Shown in pieces: positions 30,116 to 57,912 of a stretch of DNA of 64,000 bases; positions within the stretch are counted from its first letter, which is position 1; each line of letters opens with the position of its first letter. Under the pieces are notes generated by a model. That model was given only the letters and a program-made list of their open reading frames with translations, did not search any database and was not told the origin of the DNA. This stretch comes from the human T2T-CHM13v2.0 reference genome, Homo sapiens, in the NCBI RefSeq assembly GCF_009914755.1, contig NC_060944.1, one strand, 5' to 3'. A program made the translations under genes and the position numbers.

Positions 30116-31097
30116 TCATAGGGGAACTAAGGCATGGTACGGTTTGGTGGCTGGCCCAAGGCCACAGAGATGGGCAGTACCAGAGTGGGTGGGTTCTAGC
30201 ACACTCCTCCTGCCCCTGTCACAACACGCTGATGGCACCACAGGGTAACACAGCAAATGCCAGTCCCTCCATGTTCTCAGTCTACGAAACAGTGGAAGGG
30301 TCACACCTCCCACAGCCCAGCAGGAGCACAGGCTTGGGATGGAGCCTGAGCCTCTGCTTCTTGCTTCTGCCCACAGTGACTAGTGGCTATCCCGGCCCTG
30401 CACAGAATGACACAGGGGCTCTGTTCCGAGGGCCCTCAGCCTCACCCTTCTTCAGGGAAACAGAAGGGGGCTGGTTCGGCCCCGGACCATGGGCTCCCGC
30501 CAGTGCTCCCAATTCCCCAGACCCTGCCGACACAAAGCAGGCCTCAGCCCGCCCCGCTCCCTTGGCCCACAGCTTGGACTGGGCCTCTAGGATCTGGCTG
30601 CTGAGGGCCGGGTGCAGAGCATGGGCCCCTGTCCTGAGGTCCAGCATTCTCAGAGGAGCTTTCTGGGCTCTGGAAGAGAGAGGAAGAGGAAGACATGGTG
30701 TCCCTTTCCGGATGTGGGGTGGGAGTGACACACAGGAGTACTGCAGCCTCCTCCCAGCACTCAGGGACCAAGCCAGAGAGATGTGCCAGCGCCTCCCAAG
30801 GGAGAAGCCATTCTCCAGCAGCTGGACAGGACCAGAGCCTGCCCCGCATGTCCGGCCGGGGTTCTACCCAGAGCCAGCCTGGCACAGCCTCGGTCCCTAA
30901 TCATGTTTGCTGAATGCCTTGAATACAAGCGCCGGTGCCCAGAATCTCCTTGAGGTTTCAGCTGGGCGTGCCGGGCCCATCCCCCACTCTGGGGAGCAGA
31001 ATGATTGTGGGGGGTGGTAACAGGGGACACCCTGAGGTGGTGGTGGCCTTGGTAGGACAGGCAGGCAGAGCTGGGGGTGGGGGCGCCCTGGGCTCGG

Positions 31098-31574
<477 letters not shown>

Positions 31575-31587
31575 TCATAGAATCTTA

Positions 31588-32025
<438 letters not shown>

Positions 32026-32398
32026 GAAAAGAAACGAGAAAATTGGAGCAAATGATCTCTGAGCCTTGAAGATTCTTACAGGGTGGACAAGAAAACCCCC
32101 TGAAGCTGCTCATCCCTGCCCCAAGTCACTTCAAAGCAGGGCTGTAGGCTCAGACACCTTTACCAACCAACGTGACCTCAGGCAAGGGAGCTCATTGTCA
32201 CATGCCTGGGTTTCCCCATTTGCAAGGCTGGGGATGGCAACAGAGCCCACCTCAAAGGGTCTCTGAGAAGACTGGAGGAGATAACAAAGGTGAAGTGTCC
32301 AGCACAGCAACTGGTCTGACCTGAATAGCCAGCCACTGCCATCTGAAAGGTCTGGGGAACTGGGGGGTGACCTGGCACCTAGCCTGTCCGAGTCTTAC

Positions 32399-32647
32399 CT
32401 CTTCATGTGGCAGCTGCAGTCTGGCACTCTGAGGAGGAGGATTAGAGAGCTTAAGTGACTTCTGCAAAGCCACACCACTACGGAAGAGGAAGAGGCAGCC
32501 TTGGATCCCTTGAGTGAGGAGAGGATGGGACCTGGATTCCTATGTTGACATTTGTTGAGCATCTACTGGATGCAGGGTCCTGAACAAGACCCCAGGAAGG
32601 GACTAAGATGAATCTGAGATTCACTCTGCCTTTAAGGGGACCCCAGT
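32399..32647 (-). other. C20orf203: Predicted 5'UTR exon of C20orf203 (L2/MIR-derived)
   Basis: Acceptor GTGTGTTTTCTCTCTCCTTCCAG|ACT (32647); alternative acceptor CTTCCTCTTCCGTAG| (32477); donor GAAGAG|GTAAGA (32399/32398). Confidence 0.65.
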
Positions 32648-32700
32648 CTGGAAGGAGAGAGAAAACACACATACAAATAACTAGAATGCAAAGCAAATGT

Positions 32701-33014
32701 GGCTGGATGCAGTGGCTCACACCTGTCACTTTGGGAGGCTTAGGCAGGAGGATCACTTGAGATCAGGAGTTCGAGACCAGCCTGGCCAACACAACAAAAC
32801 CTCGTCTCTACTAAAAATACAAAAATTAGCTGGGTGTGGTGGTGCACGCCTGTAGTACCAACTACTTGGGAGACTGAGGCACGAGAATCACTTGAACCTG
32901 GTGGGGCAGAGGTTACAGTGAACTGAGATCGTGCCAGTGAGCTGAGATCATGCACTTCAGCCTGGGCGACAGAGCAAGACTCCATCTCAAAAAAAAAAAA
33001 AAAAAAAAAAAAAA
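32701..33014 (+). mobile_element. Alu (AluS-like)
   Basis: Full dimer with a long A tail. Confidence 0.95.
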
Positions 33015-33760
33015 GCAAATACCCCTGGCATCAGAGGGGGCCCAGCAGCCCTCCATGCAAAGGGGCTGGGGTGAGACTCTTGGGATGGCGGGGAGATGCT
33101 GCTGTGTCTTGGAGCTCAATTTGCAAGGCAAAGGTTTTGATTTTATTTGAACGATAAAATCAGCCCTGGGGGTCATGGGGGTGCTGATGGAGCCTCCTCT
33201 GGCTTTTTTGGGAAGTTCTGGGTGGTCCCTGACCTCTGTGATTCCTGCTTCGAAGGTTCTGGGATCTATCCTGGAGGTATCTAGGAGTCCCGGATGCTGT
33301 GGTTTTTGGAGACTACACTGTCCAGACCCCCAGCATGAATACATTCACGTCCACAAAAAACAGTGAGGGCCCCCTTCCAGGTAGCCAGACACGCACCAGT
33401 TTGGGGGGCTTCCTGCTGCTGGGCAATTTGGTGGGGAGAGGATGCAGCACCAGTGAGAGGCCCTCTCAGAGATGGTGGAAGCCTCTCAAGGCTGAGAGAT
33501 GCAAGGCTGCTGGCCCCGATGTTGCAAAGCCTGAGCCTCAGGCGGCAACCCAAAGCGGGCAGGGTGAGTGCTAGGTCACTGGCCTTGGGGATGGTGCCTC
33601 CGTCACTCCCTTCCTGGAGATCAGAGCTCAGCCAGAGGAGCGGGCTGGTCTAGCCACAGGAAGTCTGTGCAAGCACAGCCAGCAGCTCCTGGAAAATAGG
33701 CGCTGCTCTCAGCCTCCCCAGGGCACCCTGCACCCAAGCTGGGCCAAATGATGGTCTGGG

Positions 33761-33775
33761 GCGCCCTCTGGTGGC
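33761..33775 (-). promoter_or_regulatory. CTCF core motif
   Basis: Minus strand GCCACCAGAGGGCGC, a perfect match to CCASYAGRKGGCRS, in unique sequence. Confidence 0.6.
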
Positions 33776-34259
33776 TCCTCTGGGCAGTGGTGGATGCTGA
33801 AGCCACTGTGAATTTAAGGGTGGGTGGGGCAGAGATGGTCAGAGTTGGAAGATTTCAAGGTGGACCACTCTTTCCACTACACAGATGGGAAAACCAAGGC
33901 CCAGAGGGAAGTGACCTGCCTACAGTTGCACAGCCAGTGACTAATACAAGAACAGAACCCAGAAGTTCCTCTGTACCAATGCTTTTTTTTAGGGGGTCTC
34001 AAGACATCCCACCCTAGGGGAGGGAAGGCTGAGTGTCCAGGGCTCACTCCCAGTGCATATGGACAGCTGAACTGTAGGTCACTGAGTATCTGTGTGACAT
34101 AGCATGCAGCACTTCCCTCCCAGGCTTGGTTCTTTGCCTCTAAAGCCTGGGGTTACTGTGTTGGCAAGGGATGGGGGACTAGGCCTCCTGCTTGCACACT
34201 GCTAGAACTGAGGGTGTAAACCAGCCAATCTTTCGGGGAGTTCTAAGAAGAGTGTTCCT

Positions 34260-37730
<3,471 letters not shown>

Positions 37731-37731
37731 G

Positions 37732-39841
<2,110 letters not shown>

Positions 39842-41348
39842 TAAGACCCCTTCTCTTTCAGGGCAGCTGGTGCAGCTGCTGCACAGCCGACCCCCTTGCC
39901 CCACACTCCAAAGACACTGGGAATGTAATCCTGGCTTGATGAAGGTCACCCTGTTTCTGGCCGTACAATTCACCAAGGAGGAGAAGCCCTGGGCAGGAGG
40001 CCTGGGGCTAGGGGCAGGTTCTCATCCTGCCTACTACCAGCACAAAAACATTATCGCAGCTCAATGAACACTCTCTACGCATCAGGCAGTCCTGCTAGGT
40101 GATGTACCTGATTCATTTTATTTCCTCCTCCTGATGACCTGAAGTGATGGGTGGGACCACCATCTTCATTGTACAGATGAGCAAACTGAGGCTCAGGGAA
40201 CCTACATGAGTGGACCCAGGTGCTCAAAGTGGAGGTGCCTGCAGCAGCCACTATCTTTGAGACTGGACCTGGCTGGACCCCTCATGGGTGGACCTCAGTG
40301 AATTCTGCCAGGATCCCAGGAAGGGTGCCTTCCCTCATTTCCCAGATGAGGACTCTGAGAATGAGAGGGGAAGGCCACTTGTCCATGTCCCACAGTGACT
40401 GTGTGGCAGGAAGAGGTGCAAGCCAGAGCCTGTGCTCTCAGCTGCCATACCAGGCAGCCTCTTTCACCTGTGAGGGGCCATGGGCATGCTCCCCACCTCC
40501 GTGGCTGGCACTAGTAATATCAATTAATAATAATAGATAATAGCAATAATTATTATGACATATAATTATATCAAATGTATTATATTAACATCATCATCAT
40601 CATCATCATCCACATCAACACAGTTGTGTTGTAACCTGGGGAGTGTGTGTCAGTGGCCAGTGTGCTGTCCTGTATGCCAGCGCATTTGCTCTTCTCAGCA
40701 GATCTATAAGTCTTCATTCTGACTTTATTTCCCCCCATTTTAAAGGCCCAGGGAGCAGACCACATGGGGACTACACCTCTGGGGCACAGTTGCTACTCCT
40801 GTCCTGTACAGGGCAGCCCAGTGGGAAGCTCTCTGAGGCTGTGCGGTAAGCACCTTTCCCATTGCAGGGAGGTTGGGGGGCAGCTCTCCAGAGGATCTGG
40901 GTCCATCTCCCAGCCGAGCCACCCAGCCACAGGATGTGCCCTTCCCAGCAGGAGAAAGGACACTGAATGACAGAGCCAAGGGCCAAGGTGCCAGGAACAG
41001 CAACCAGGGTTTCAGGGGATCTGTAACTGCCTCCTCAGCCAGTCCAGGCCCGAGCTTACTCCATGCCCTTTCACTGGTCAATCGGTTGGCCAGCTCATGC
41101 CAGGGAGCTCACACCTTCGAGAGGCCACGCTGCTGCCGAAAAGAGGGGCTGCTTCTCCCTGAGTGCCCATGACCTGCCAGGCACTGACTGTGCTAGGCCA
41201 TCAGCACTGAGCCTCACAAAACCCTTTCAATGGCCCTATTTTACAGAGGAGACAGTGAAGGCTCAGGGAGGTCAAGTGACTTGTCCAAAGTCACATGGAC
41301 AGGAAGCCTCATAGTTTCCTGGTGGCCAGTTTCCACCAAGAACGTGTG

Positions 41349-41723
41349 TGTATTAGTCCATTCTCCCACTGTTAAAAGGACATACCTCAGACTGGGTAAT
41401 TTATAAAGGAAAGAGGTTTAATTGACTCACAGTACTGCATGACTGGGAAGGCCTCAGCAAACTTACAATCATGGCAGAAGAGGAATCAAGCATGTCCTTC
41501 TTCACACGGCGGCAGGAGAGAGAAGTGCCAAGCAAAGCGGGGAAAGCCCCTTATAAAAATCATCAGATCTCGTGAGAATGAACTCACTATCATGAGAACC
41601 GCATGGGGGTAACTGCCTCCATGATTCGATTACCTCCCACTGGGTCCCTCCCACGACATGTGGGGATTATGGAAACTATAATTCAAGATGATATTTGTGT
41701 GGGGACACAGCCAAACCATATCA
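41349..41723 (-). mobile_element. THE1 MaLR solo LTR
   Basis: tgtattagtccattctc...ctgggtaatttataaaggaaagagg...gggacacagccaaaccatatca. Confidence 0.93.
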
Positions 41724-42981
41724 AGGAGGGAAAGAGGAAGGGACAATCAAGGTGTTCAGAGGGAGGAAAGAGACCCACTGTGCGGGAGGCGGCAAGAAAG
41801 GAGGGCCTGCGTCACCAGCTCTGACTCTCTCAGGACCTGACTTAGTCATCGGCCCACCTGTTCTCCACTCATTCATACATTTGTGGGCCTTCTCCAGGTG
41901 CCAGGCTCTTTGCCGGGCATTGAGGGCTCAGAGGTGAACCAGGCTCATCTCTGTTCTCACAAAGCTCATGACAGCAGGGCAGAATGGAAAGGGAAACAGA
42001 TGGGCAGACATCACTTGACTTGGTCTGTATTTATGAAAGGTCTAAGTAGGCCAGGCTCAGTGTTGGGCACTGAAGGCACCAAGTCAGTGAGAAGCTCAAG
42101 GCCCCTGCCTTTCTGAAGGATGTGCTCCAGTGGTGTCCAGCCCTGGCCCTCCAGAAACCTTTCTTGCATGACCCCTGAACCCTGAACACAAGGCAGAATT
42201 TCTCTGGAAAGACTGGGAGAAGCAGCAAATCTAGGGGTTCTCCATGAATCTTCCTTGGGCCTGGTTCTGGGGTGCTGAGCAGGAATTTGTCTGGGAGAGC
42301 AGGGGACCCTGATTAGTGCCTTTCCTGGGGACTAAATCAGGGCCCTGAGAGGCCAGAGCTGTGCAAAGGGGTCATCTGGACTACTGGACGGTCAGCAAGG
42401 GCCACCCATTCAGGATGCAGCCACAGATCCATGGGGTTGGAGACCCAGCAGAGGCTCTCAGTCAGGATGGGCCACAGCTCTAACAAAAGGGAGGTGACTT
42501 GCCCAAAGCCCCCCACTCCACACCTGTGCTCCCCACAGACAGAAGCATCCGCTCATAGGTAGCACTAGCTCACTCCATCCTAGCCCCCGGGGAGGCCCAT
42601 GTCAGCGTAAGGCCCATTTCCCAGCCCCAGGAAATGGAGAAACAGAGCCACAAAAGGACTTGCCCAAGAGCACCACCCACTGGAGACACAGGCAGAATCA
42701 GAACTGGGAGTTGCCCAGCACTTTCCACCACCCGCTCACGCCCCAGGATGGCAGATCCAGCCTGGTACAGGCGACGCAGGATGATGGCACCCAATCTTGG
42801 GGAGCAGCACGAGCCAGGGGCACAAAGGGAAACTCTTTTCCTAAGCTTCCCCTGGTGGTATGGGGGTTTAGTCTTTGTTTTGGGGGCTTGTTCTAAATGC
42901 TAAACCTGGCTGACTCTGGGCACACTGCCTATAGGTTAGCCCTGCTCTGCAAGGAGCTATAGAGTTAAAAATAAATAAACG

Positions 42982-43913
<932 letters not shown>

Positions 43914-45895
43914 AGATTTATATTTTTACGTGGAATTTTAAAAACTACTGAATTCCCTTGGTGGAAATGAGAGTCAAAATAAGAGAATGAGAAAAAAAAA
44001 AAAGAATGGCTAAATAAATTATTAATAGAATATTTTACAGTCATTAAATAACTTTAAAGAAAATGTTAATGCTGAGAAAATATTCACCATGTAATGTTGG
44101 GGGAAAGCCAGCTACAGAGTATGATTACAATTAAAATGCACACATATATACATATATATATGATCTATATGGAAAAACAAGCCTGGAGAGAAATGTAACA
44201 AAATAGCACCATAGTTACCTCCGGGGAGTGGGATGACAGATGATTTTCATTTTCTCCTTTCTACCTTCTTGTAGTTTCCAAATTTTACAATGAGTACAAA
44301 TTGCATTTATAATTAGACATAAACCAAAAAAGCATGAGTTGGGCTGGGGCTGGATGGCAGGGTAGAGGCTTCACCAGCCCAGGTTCATCCCCTCCACAGC
44401 CAGGATGGAGCTGCTTGGGCGCTGGGCTCTGTCCTCACCAGCTGGCCCAGCCAGGCCACAGGAGGCCTAGGACGGCCTGCACCACACTGTCCCCGGAGGG
44501 ACCAGCCATGGGACACTGCCCTCAAGGAATCCAACCCCTGCCCGGGGCCCTCTGGAGGGTCACTTGTAGGCCATAAATGTCCTGGCTGGGGACACTGGGA
44601 AATGAACCACTCAGGGCTGAGAATCAGAACATTCATTATCTGCTGTACGAGAGAAGCCATTTTCTTTGTTCCTTGTTTTTGTTTGGGATGGCTGAGTGCA
44701 GCAAGTGGGCTAGGGAGAGCTGGCCTTTGTCACCCTCCCACTGTGGCCCCGCAGGCTCTCAGCCTCCCCATGTGGGAGTGGAGCACCCAGCTGCTCTGGT
44801 CTCCCTGGACTTTCTGATCCCAGCGCTCTGGGTTTCTTCTAACCTGGGAGGTGAGGGCCCTGGGTGCTGATCTGCGCCTTAGGGAAGCCAACCAAGTTCA
44901 CTTAAAAGCAGTGTTGGAAAGGCACTGACAGTGAGATCCAGGCCGGCCTCCTGCCGGGGTCTCCTCATACCCCCACCTCTTTCTCAGCACAGGGTGAGAA
45001 GCCAGTGGTCTCCAGCCTGGATCCCCACACAGGTTTCCAGAGAAGGGGCTCCCCGCTTGCCAGAGCCAGCCGTAGAGTTGGGCAAGTTTAAGAACACTGC
45101 CCTCACGTCCTTCCAGCCCCAGCCCTGCCACCCCACCTTGGGGTCCTGGAAGCTCCTGCCCTCCTCCTGGGCTATTTTAGCAATCAGGTCACCCGTTGGC
45201 TTGCTGTGAGCTTGAGGTCGATGGAAACCCACAGGCCTTTTCTACAGAGCTGGTGGTATCTCCCCCTCCTCTAGATGCAGCCACAGGCAGGCTCCTCAGC
45301 GTGAGAAGAGAGGACCAGGCAGTGGCTTGGCAGTCCCCCACAGTGTGGGGCCCCTCCTCTCTCAGGAACTGAGGCCACACGCTGCCACCCACACCATCCC
45401 AGCCAGTGGTCCTGCAGATGTGGCTGACAGCAGGGAGGAGAGCCAGTCACAGGGCGTTGGGTGCCTGAGCACCCACACATCCCCACACTGTGCCCCATGG
45501 GTGCTGCACACAAGGCCCTCAATCCAGTCTCCACGAGCCCCAGGCAGTGAGTCGATCCTCATTTAGAGCAGAGCTGAGTGATCGGCCAAGGTCACCGTGC
45601 TAGTGTGCAGCAGGGCTGAGACAGACTCCGGAGCTGCCCCAGCAAAGCCCAAATCCATTCTGGCTGCACTAGTGTTTACCCAGGACCCCGCCCTTGGTGG
45701 CCACTGGGTGTCTGGTCCCTGATCCAAGCTGCCAAGTAAGTTCCCCTGATGGAGCTTGGGGGAGACTTTGTGCCCTGGTTCTACCCACACAGCAGGGTCC
45801 CAGGTTCCTAGGACCACGCAAGGCCCAAAGCCCCTCTCTGATGGCCCGTGGGTTCTGCTCAGAGGATTCTGATCACCTACTCCTGTTTGGGCTAA

Positions 45896-47815
<1,920 letters not shown>

Positions 47816-48329
47816 TGCACTGGGGCAGAGCACAGTGAGTAAAGGGGAGGAGATATGAGGTAAGGTCGAAGCAGTGGGAAAGGGTCACCTGGGATTTTAT
47901 TCCAAGAGCTTCGAGGTCGTGGGAGGGCTTTAAGCAGGGGCATCATGTGATCTGACTACTTACTGTCTTTGAAGCTGACTCTGGCTGCTGCCTGGAGGGC
48001 TTCGGAGCAGGTGAGATTGGCTGCCCAGTGAGATGCCCAGGTGGGCTGAAGGTGGCCTAGAGCTGCGTTGATGACAGCCACAGAAGAGCTTCAGGGAATA
48101 CTGACAAGGCTGTGGGCAGGCAGTGAGACAGGGAGGCAGGCCTGGCCGTCTGCTTTTCCTCTCCCTCTCTTTGACCAAAATTCCATCCATGTAACCCTGT
48201 TCCTATAGCTGCCTTCCTTCCAGGAAGAGATCTGCGCAGTTGCTACTTAACAAAGCCTAGAAGAACCCAACCAGAATAATTTTGCCAAGGGCTAGAATTG
48301 AAATATCTGCCACCTTCTGTAGCTCATAG

Positions 48330-49522
<1,193 letters not shown>

Positions 49523-50254
49523 TTAATTCTGGCTCTTACTCAGAGCTGCCTCTCAACTGAATTTGCTGGTTGTCCCTTCATCCAGACATTGACCATGTTC
49601 TTGCCATGTGCTGGTGCCACGTCCACAGCTTGGGGGAGACACTAAGATGGTACAAGACTCATCTCTACAAAATCGAAGTTTTCCAGTTCAGAAGGAAAAG
49701 CTCTTTCTCAAACACTCTTGGCCACAGCGGGAGGAAGCCTTAGTGCATGCAGAGAGTCGTGTGCTGGTAACGGGGCAATTAAAACAGTACTGGTTGAAGA
49801 ACCAGGAGATCCTGGGGTGCCCCAGCCTCTGCCCAACTTGCTCTGTGATGCAGGCAAGGGGCTTGGCCTCTCTGGGACTCAGTGCCCTTGTGTGTGCTGA
49901 ACTTGTGTTAACTGGGGGCGGACTCTAGGCCCAGACCCTGACTCCAAAGTATGCACAGCCGATTCCCAGGCAGGCTGGGAGGTGTAGCTAGAACTATAGG
50001 CATATGCCTCCGAGGACACAGATCCTATGGCCCGAATTTTCCTGGAACACTTCTGGCTGACCTGCTCCCTTCGTAAGAGCCATGTGTGTACTTGATCACA
50101 CATCCTGGGTTTTAAAATATAATTTGTCACTATAATAAAGTCATGAGAGTCTAGTTCATCCATTTCACAGACCAGTAACATTTCCAAAGAAACTCTGGGG
50201 AACCTGCAAAGGACTGAAAGTTGTTATTCTGCCAAGGAAGGCCCTTAGAACCAA

Positions 50255-53260
<3,006 letters not shown>

Positions 53261-53749
53261 TTCTTCAATTTAAATAGCTTTAGTTTTGTGGGAAAAACCA
53301 AGAACCACAGTGTGCCTGTCTCTATTTCTTGCTCTTGTTCCCTTTTATTCCCTCCTGAATTTCTCACCACACCAGGCCTTTTTGTTCTGGGACTCTTCCT
53401 CCTCTACCCTCCCCACTCCCTCCCCTGCCTCCCCCAAGCTCACAGCATTTCACACAGTTCCAGAAAAGTGCTTCTCTCCCTGACTGCCACCTGGCCCTGC
53501 TGTCTTCCCACAGGGCTGTGGGCTCCGGCAGCAGAGACCTTTTCCTACTCCCTGTGCCCCTGCATCTAAACAGACCCAGCATAGGAGAGGGGCCTGGTGA
53601 AGATGGCTGGTAGGAAGGCACTAGACTCGGGCTTTGAGAGCCAGAAGGCCTCAGGGAGTGAAGAATATGGGACTGGCAGGATCTAGGGGCTGAAATGAGT
53701 GGCCATAAAAGAAGCCCCCTCAAGACCCAAGACTCCTTGGTAGTAAGGG

Positions 53750-54700
53750 CTGGGCATCTCTCTGTGTCCCACCTCACACCCTGGGGCGGGTGAGGAGAGG
53801 AAGTGGAGGGGTTGCAGGGTTGGGGGAACAAGCGACAAGCCCGCCCTCCTGAGGAGCCCCAGGGCTGGTACAAACGGCAGGAAGAGGCTGAGCTGGGCCC
53901 CTGGAGCCACAGAGGCAGGAGGGAGTGAAGAGGCCCTGTGGCTGCCATGGGGGACAGTCCAGCAGCCTCCTCCTGCTCCCCTCAAGACTGGCCGGAGGTG
54001 TCTCAGCCCCCGTAGCCAACCACAGAGAGAGCACAGGGCGGAAGTGGCTGGCGCCTCAGCCATAGCTGCCGGAGATGGGCTCAACGGCCACACGGTCCCC
54101 ACATTCGGGGAGCCTCACCGCAGCCCCGTGGGCACAGAGACCCAGGTGGAGCTCCAAGGGACACATGAGGCACAGGGAGTCTAGGGCAGCAGCTTCAAAA
54201 CCACACACTGGTCTTTCTGCTGGCTTTTTTGGTCACCATCCCCTGCTTAAAACCCCAGGGTCACCCCACACTTTCAGCACAGACAGGCTGCATTCCACCC
54301 ACCTGCAGGCTCCTCTGCCCGGCATTCATCTGTGCCACCTGCCCCGGCCATTTGGCTCCGACTGCAATGACACGTTTGTCTGGGAGATTCTTCAAGGGCA
54401 CATAAAACATATCTGCCTTTGCTCACTGTGATGTCTCCGACGCAAAGCAGAGAGCCCGCCAGCGTAGCCACTCAGAGCTGAGTGGTGGTGGAATGAGTGA
54501 AAAGGCTGCAGCTGGAAGGGCTGGGAGGCGGGGGGCAGAGTGGGGGCAGCCAAGGGTTTTGGGGATCACACAGGCTTGGGAAGAAAAGTCAGCTCAGACC
54601 CACTGGCTATGTGACCTGGCCCTGCAGGTCCAACTGTCAATGGGTCTAACCCCGCCCACCTCAATGATCTGTGAGAGCTGAGCGGGGGAGACACTGTTCA
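53750..54700 (-). promoter_or_regulatory. C20orf203: Candidate C20orf203 promoter/first-exon region
   Basis: Repeat-poor GC-rich block with GC boxes (ggggcggg 53783, ccccgcccac 54650), GGGCGGAAGTG (SP/ETS, 54036-54046) and minus-strand donor CAG|GTGGGT at 54303/54302. Not a strong CpG island; placement relies partly on my recollection of the gene length. Confidence 0.45.
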
Positions 54701-54749
54701 GAAAAGACTGGGTCCCTGAAACTGTTGTTGTCGTTTAATCCAGCCATTT

Positions 54750-55618
<869 letters not shown>

Positions 55619-56793
55619 ATGACCAAAACTTTTATTAGAGACAGTATCTACTTGCTTGGTGCCCTCTCTGCCCTTCCTCCTAAAGAATCCCCCTTCAAAA
55701 GGAAAAAAAGGCCATTCAAATTTGAGAGAGACTCAGGGGTCCAGAGTAAACTAAGTTAAATGAAATCAAACCTGGACCGTGGGCTTCAGGTGTGTTATTA
55801 ACCCCCTCCCTCCTGTCCTGCTGCATCCTTGGCTCTGCCCTTTCACTTACGTCCACGTCTCTAAACCCAGCCGTTCTTCCTTCTCCCTTGGGTCTCTGTG
55901 TCTTCTGTCTGCCTCAGGTGTCCTTCCACACGCTACCCACCCGCCTAGGGAATACTCCTTCTGAGTTCCTGGGCAAACCACCCAGTTCTCCTCCTGAACC
56001 CTCCCCCAAAAGGCTCCCTGCACGTTCCATCTCATGAGGGCCAGGCTGTGCCCAGGTGAGGACACTCATCACCTCCACTTTTCCCATCACACTGGTGTGT
56101 GGAGCGCCCACCCCACCTGGGATGTAGAGGGATGCTCCTTGCCCAGCAGTGCTTCTCCCTGGGCCTCAGTTTCCCAGTCTAGGGTACCCCCACACCTCTC
56201 TCAGCTTGGGCGTGCTGTACTTTACCCCATGTCAGCAGTTCTCATTAAGCTAGTCTTTAAAGGAGGAAAAAATAATTTTAAAAAATCTTCCTTTGTTCTG
56301 GCCTCCGGTCTATTTACAATGACAGTTCATGAGGAACTGGGTTCTGAGCGAAAACAAACAAAATGCCTCCATTTTAGAAGGGGTAAGGTCTGGAGGGGAA
56401 AGAGGGAGATAGGAAAGAACCTGTGGTGGCCTATCCTCTCCCCGTGACAGGAAGGCCTTTGAACAACACAATTCTGATTGTGCTGTTGCTACCTCATTTC
56501 AAATCCTTCCCCCTGCCCCACCCTCCAGAAGCAGCACCTGGCATGGTAGGCAAAGCCCCATCAGCTCTGGCCTGCACGACTGGCGCTCCAGCTTTGGCTG
56601 TCCTCCCGCAGCCCTGGGATCCCTAAGCCTAGAATACGCCACGCCCATTCCCCCACCTTCCCCACCAGCCTAATTCCCCTTCCGCTGGGGAGACTCAGGT
56701 TGGGGGTCAATCTTCAAGAAGCCTCCCTGTCCAACCCACTGAGGCAGGTGGCCTCAGGGTCAGGGCTCCAGGTTTCCCCCACGCCCACCCCAC

Positions 56794-56795
<2 letters not shown>

Positions 56796-56832
<37 letters not shown>
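56796..56832. repeat. (CA)n microsatellite
   Basis: Pure CA run. Confidence 0.97.
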
Positions 56833-56833
<1 letters not shown>

Positions 56834-57609
56834 CCACCTGGGAATTCCAGGGAGCACAGCTGCGAGGGCAGCAAGGACCACAACAATGCTGACCACAATA
56901 GTGGCTCCAGGAAGGCCTGTTCTTGTTCCGGGCGGGAGGCCTAAGGCAGTGGTGCTCCCTGGCAGCCTCTGGAAGCCCAGGGGAAGCCAGTTTCTATGTG
57001 GGATTCCCTGACTCTGGCCCATGGGCTTAGGAACACATTGTGTCCCTCCACTCCCAGGGCACTGAGTCCCAGCTGTGGGGTCATCTGAGTCCCACAGCAC
57101 ACCTGCTCATTTGTTCATTCATTAGTTTATTCATTCATTCAACAAATATTTATTCAGTGCCAGGCTTTGGGCCAAGAAGAGAAAGCCACTAAAAAGAGCA
57201 ACAGATAAATACACGGTTGCACGTGATGTCAAGTGTCATAAGGCATGATGGGGTGTGAGAGGATGCAGAGCCAGGTGGCCAGGGAAGGCCTCCTAGAGAT
57301 GATGCTTGAGCTGAGATGTGACAAATGAGGAGGCGTTAGCCTGGGAGGCCACTGGAGGCCGGAGCAGCAGAGGGAGTGCAGGCATGGAGCGGCTGGCCAG
57401 ACACGAGGCAAGAGGAGAAACAGAGGCTGGATCATGCAGGACTGTATGATAGGTGGGGAAACCGAGGCATGGAAACCGGTGACTTGCACATGGCCCTGCA
57501 ACTAGTTAGATGCTCGCTTCCTAAGTGCCACCCACCCCAGGAACCAGGCCTTCCCATCTGAGCATGGGATGCCTGCACTGCTCTTCTTCGCAGTGGAACA
57601 AAGGAACCC

Positions 57610-57912
57610 GTTTTTTTTGTTGGTTTTGAGACGAAGTTTCGCTCTTGTCGCCCAGACTGGAGTGCAATGGCATAATCTTGGCTGACTGCAACTTCCGCCT
57701 CCTGGGTTCAAGCGATTTTCCTACCTCAGCCTCCTGAGTAGCTGGGATTTACAGGTGCCCACCACCATGCCCAGCTAATTTTTTGTATTTTTAGTAGAGA
57801 CGGGGTTTCACCATGTTGGCCAGGCTGGTCTCGAACTCCTGACCTCAAGTGATCCACCTGCCTCGGCCTCCCAAAGTGCTTGGATTAGAGGCATAAGCCA
57901 CCGCGCCCGGCC
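57610..57912 (-). mobile_element. Alu (AluS-like)
   Basis: Antisense full dimer. Confidence 0.95.

Noticed and set aside
30232-30900. 222-aa ATG-initiated ORF antisense to the C20orf203 3'UTR
   Set aside because: No recognisable homology and no promoter or poly(A) support. Compatible with chance at this GC content; only Ribo-seq could rescue it.
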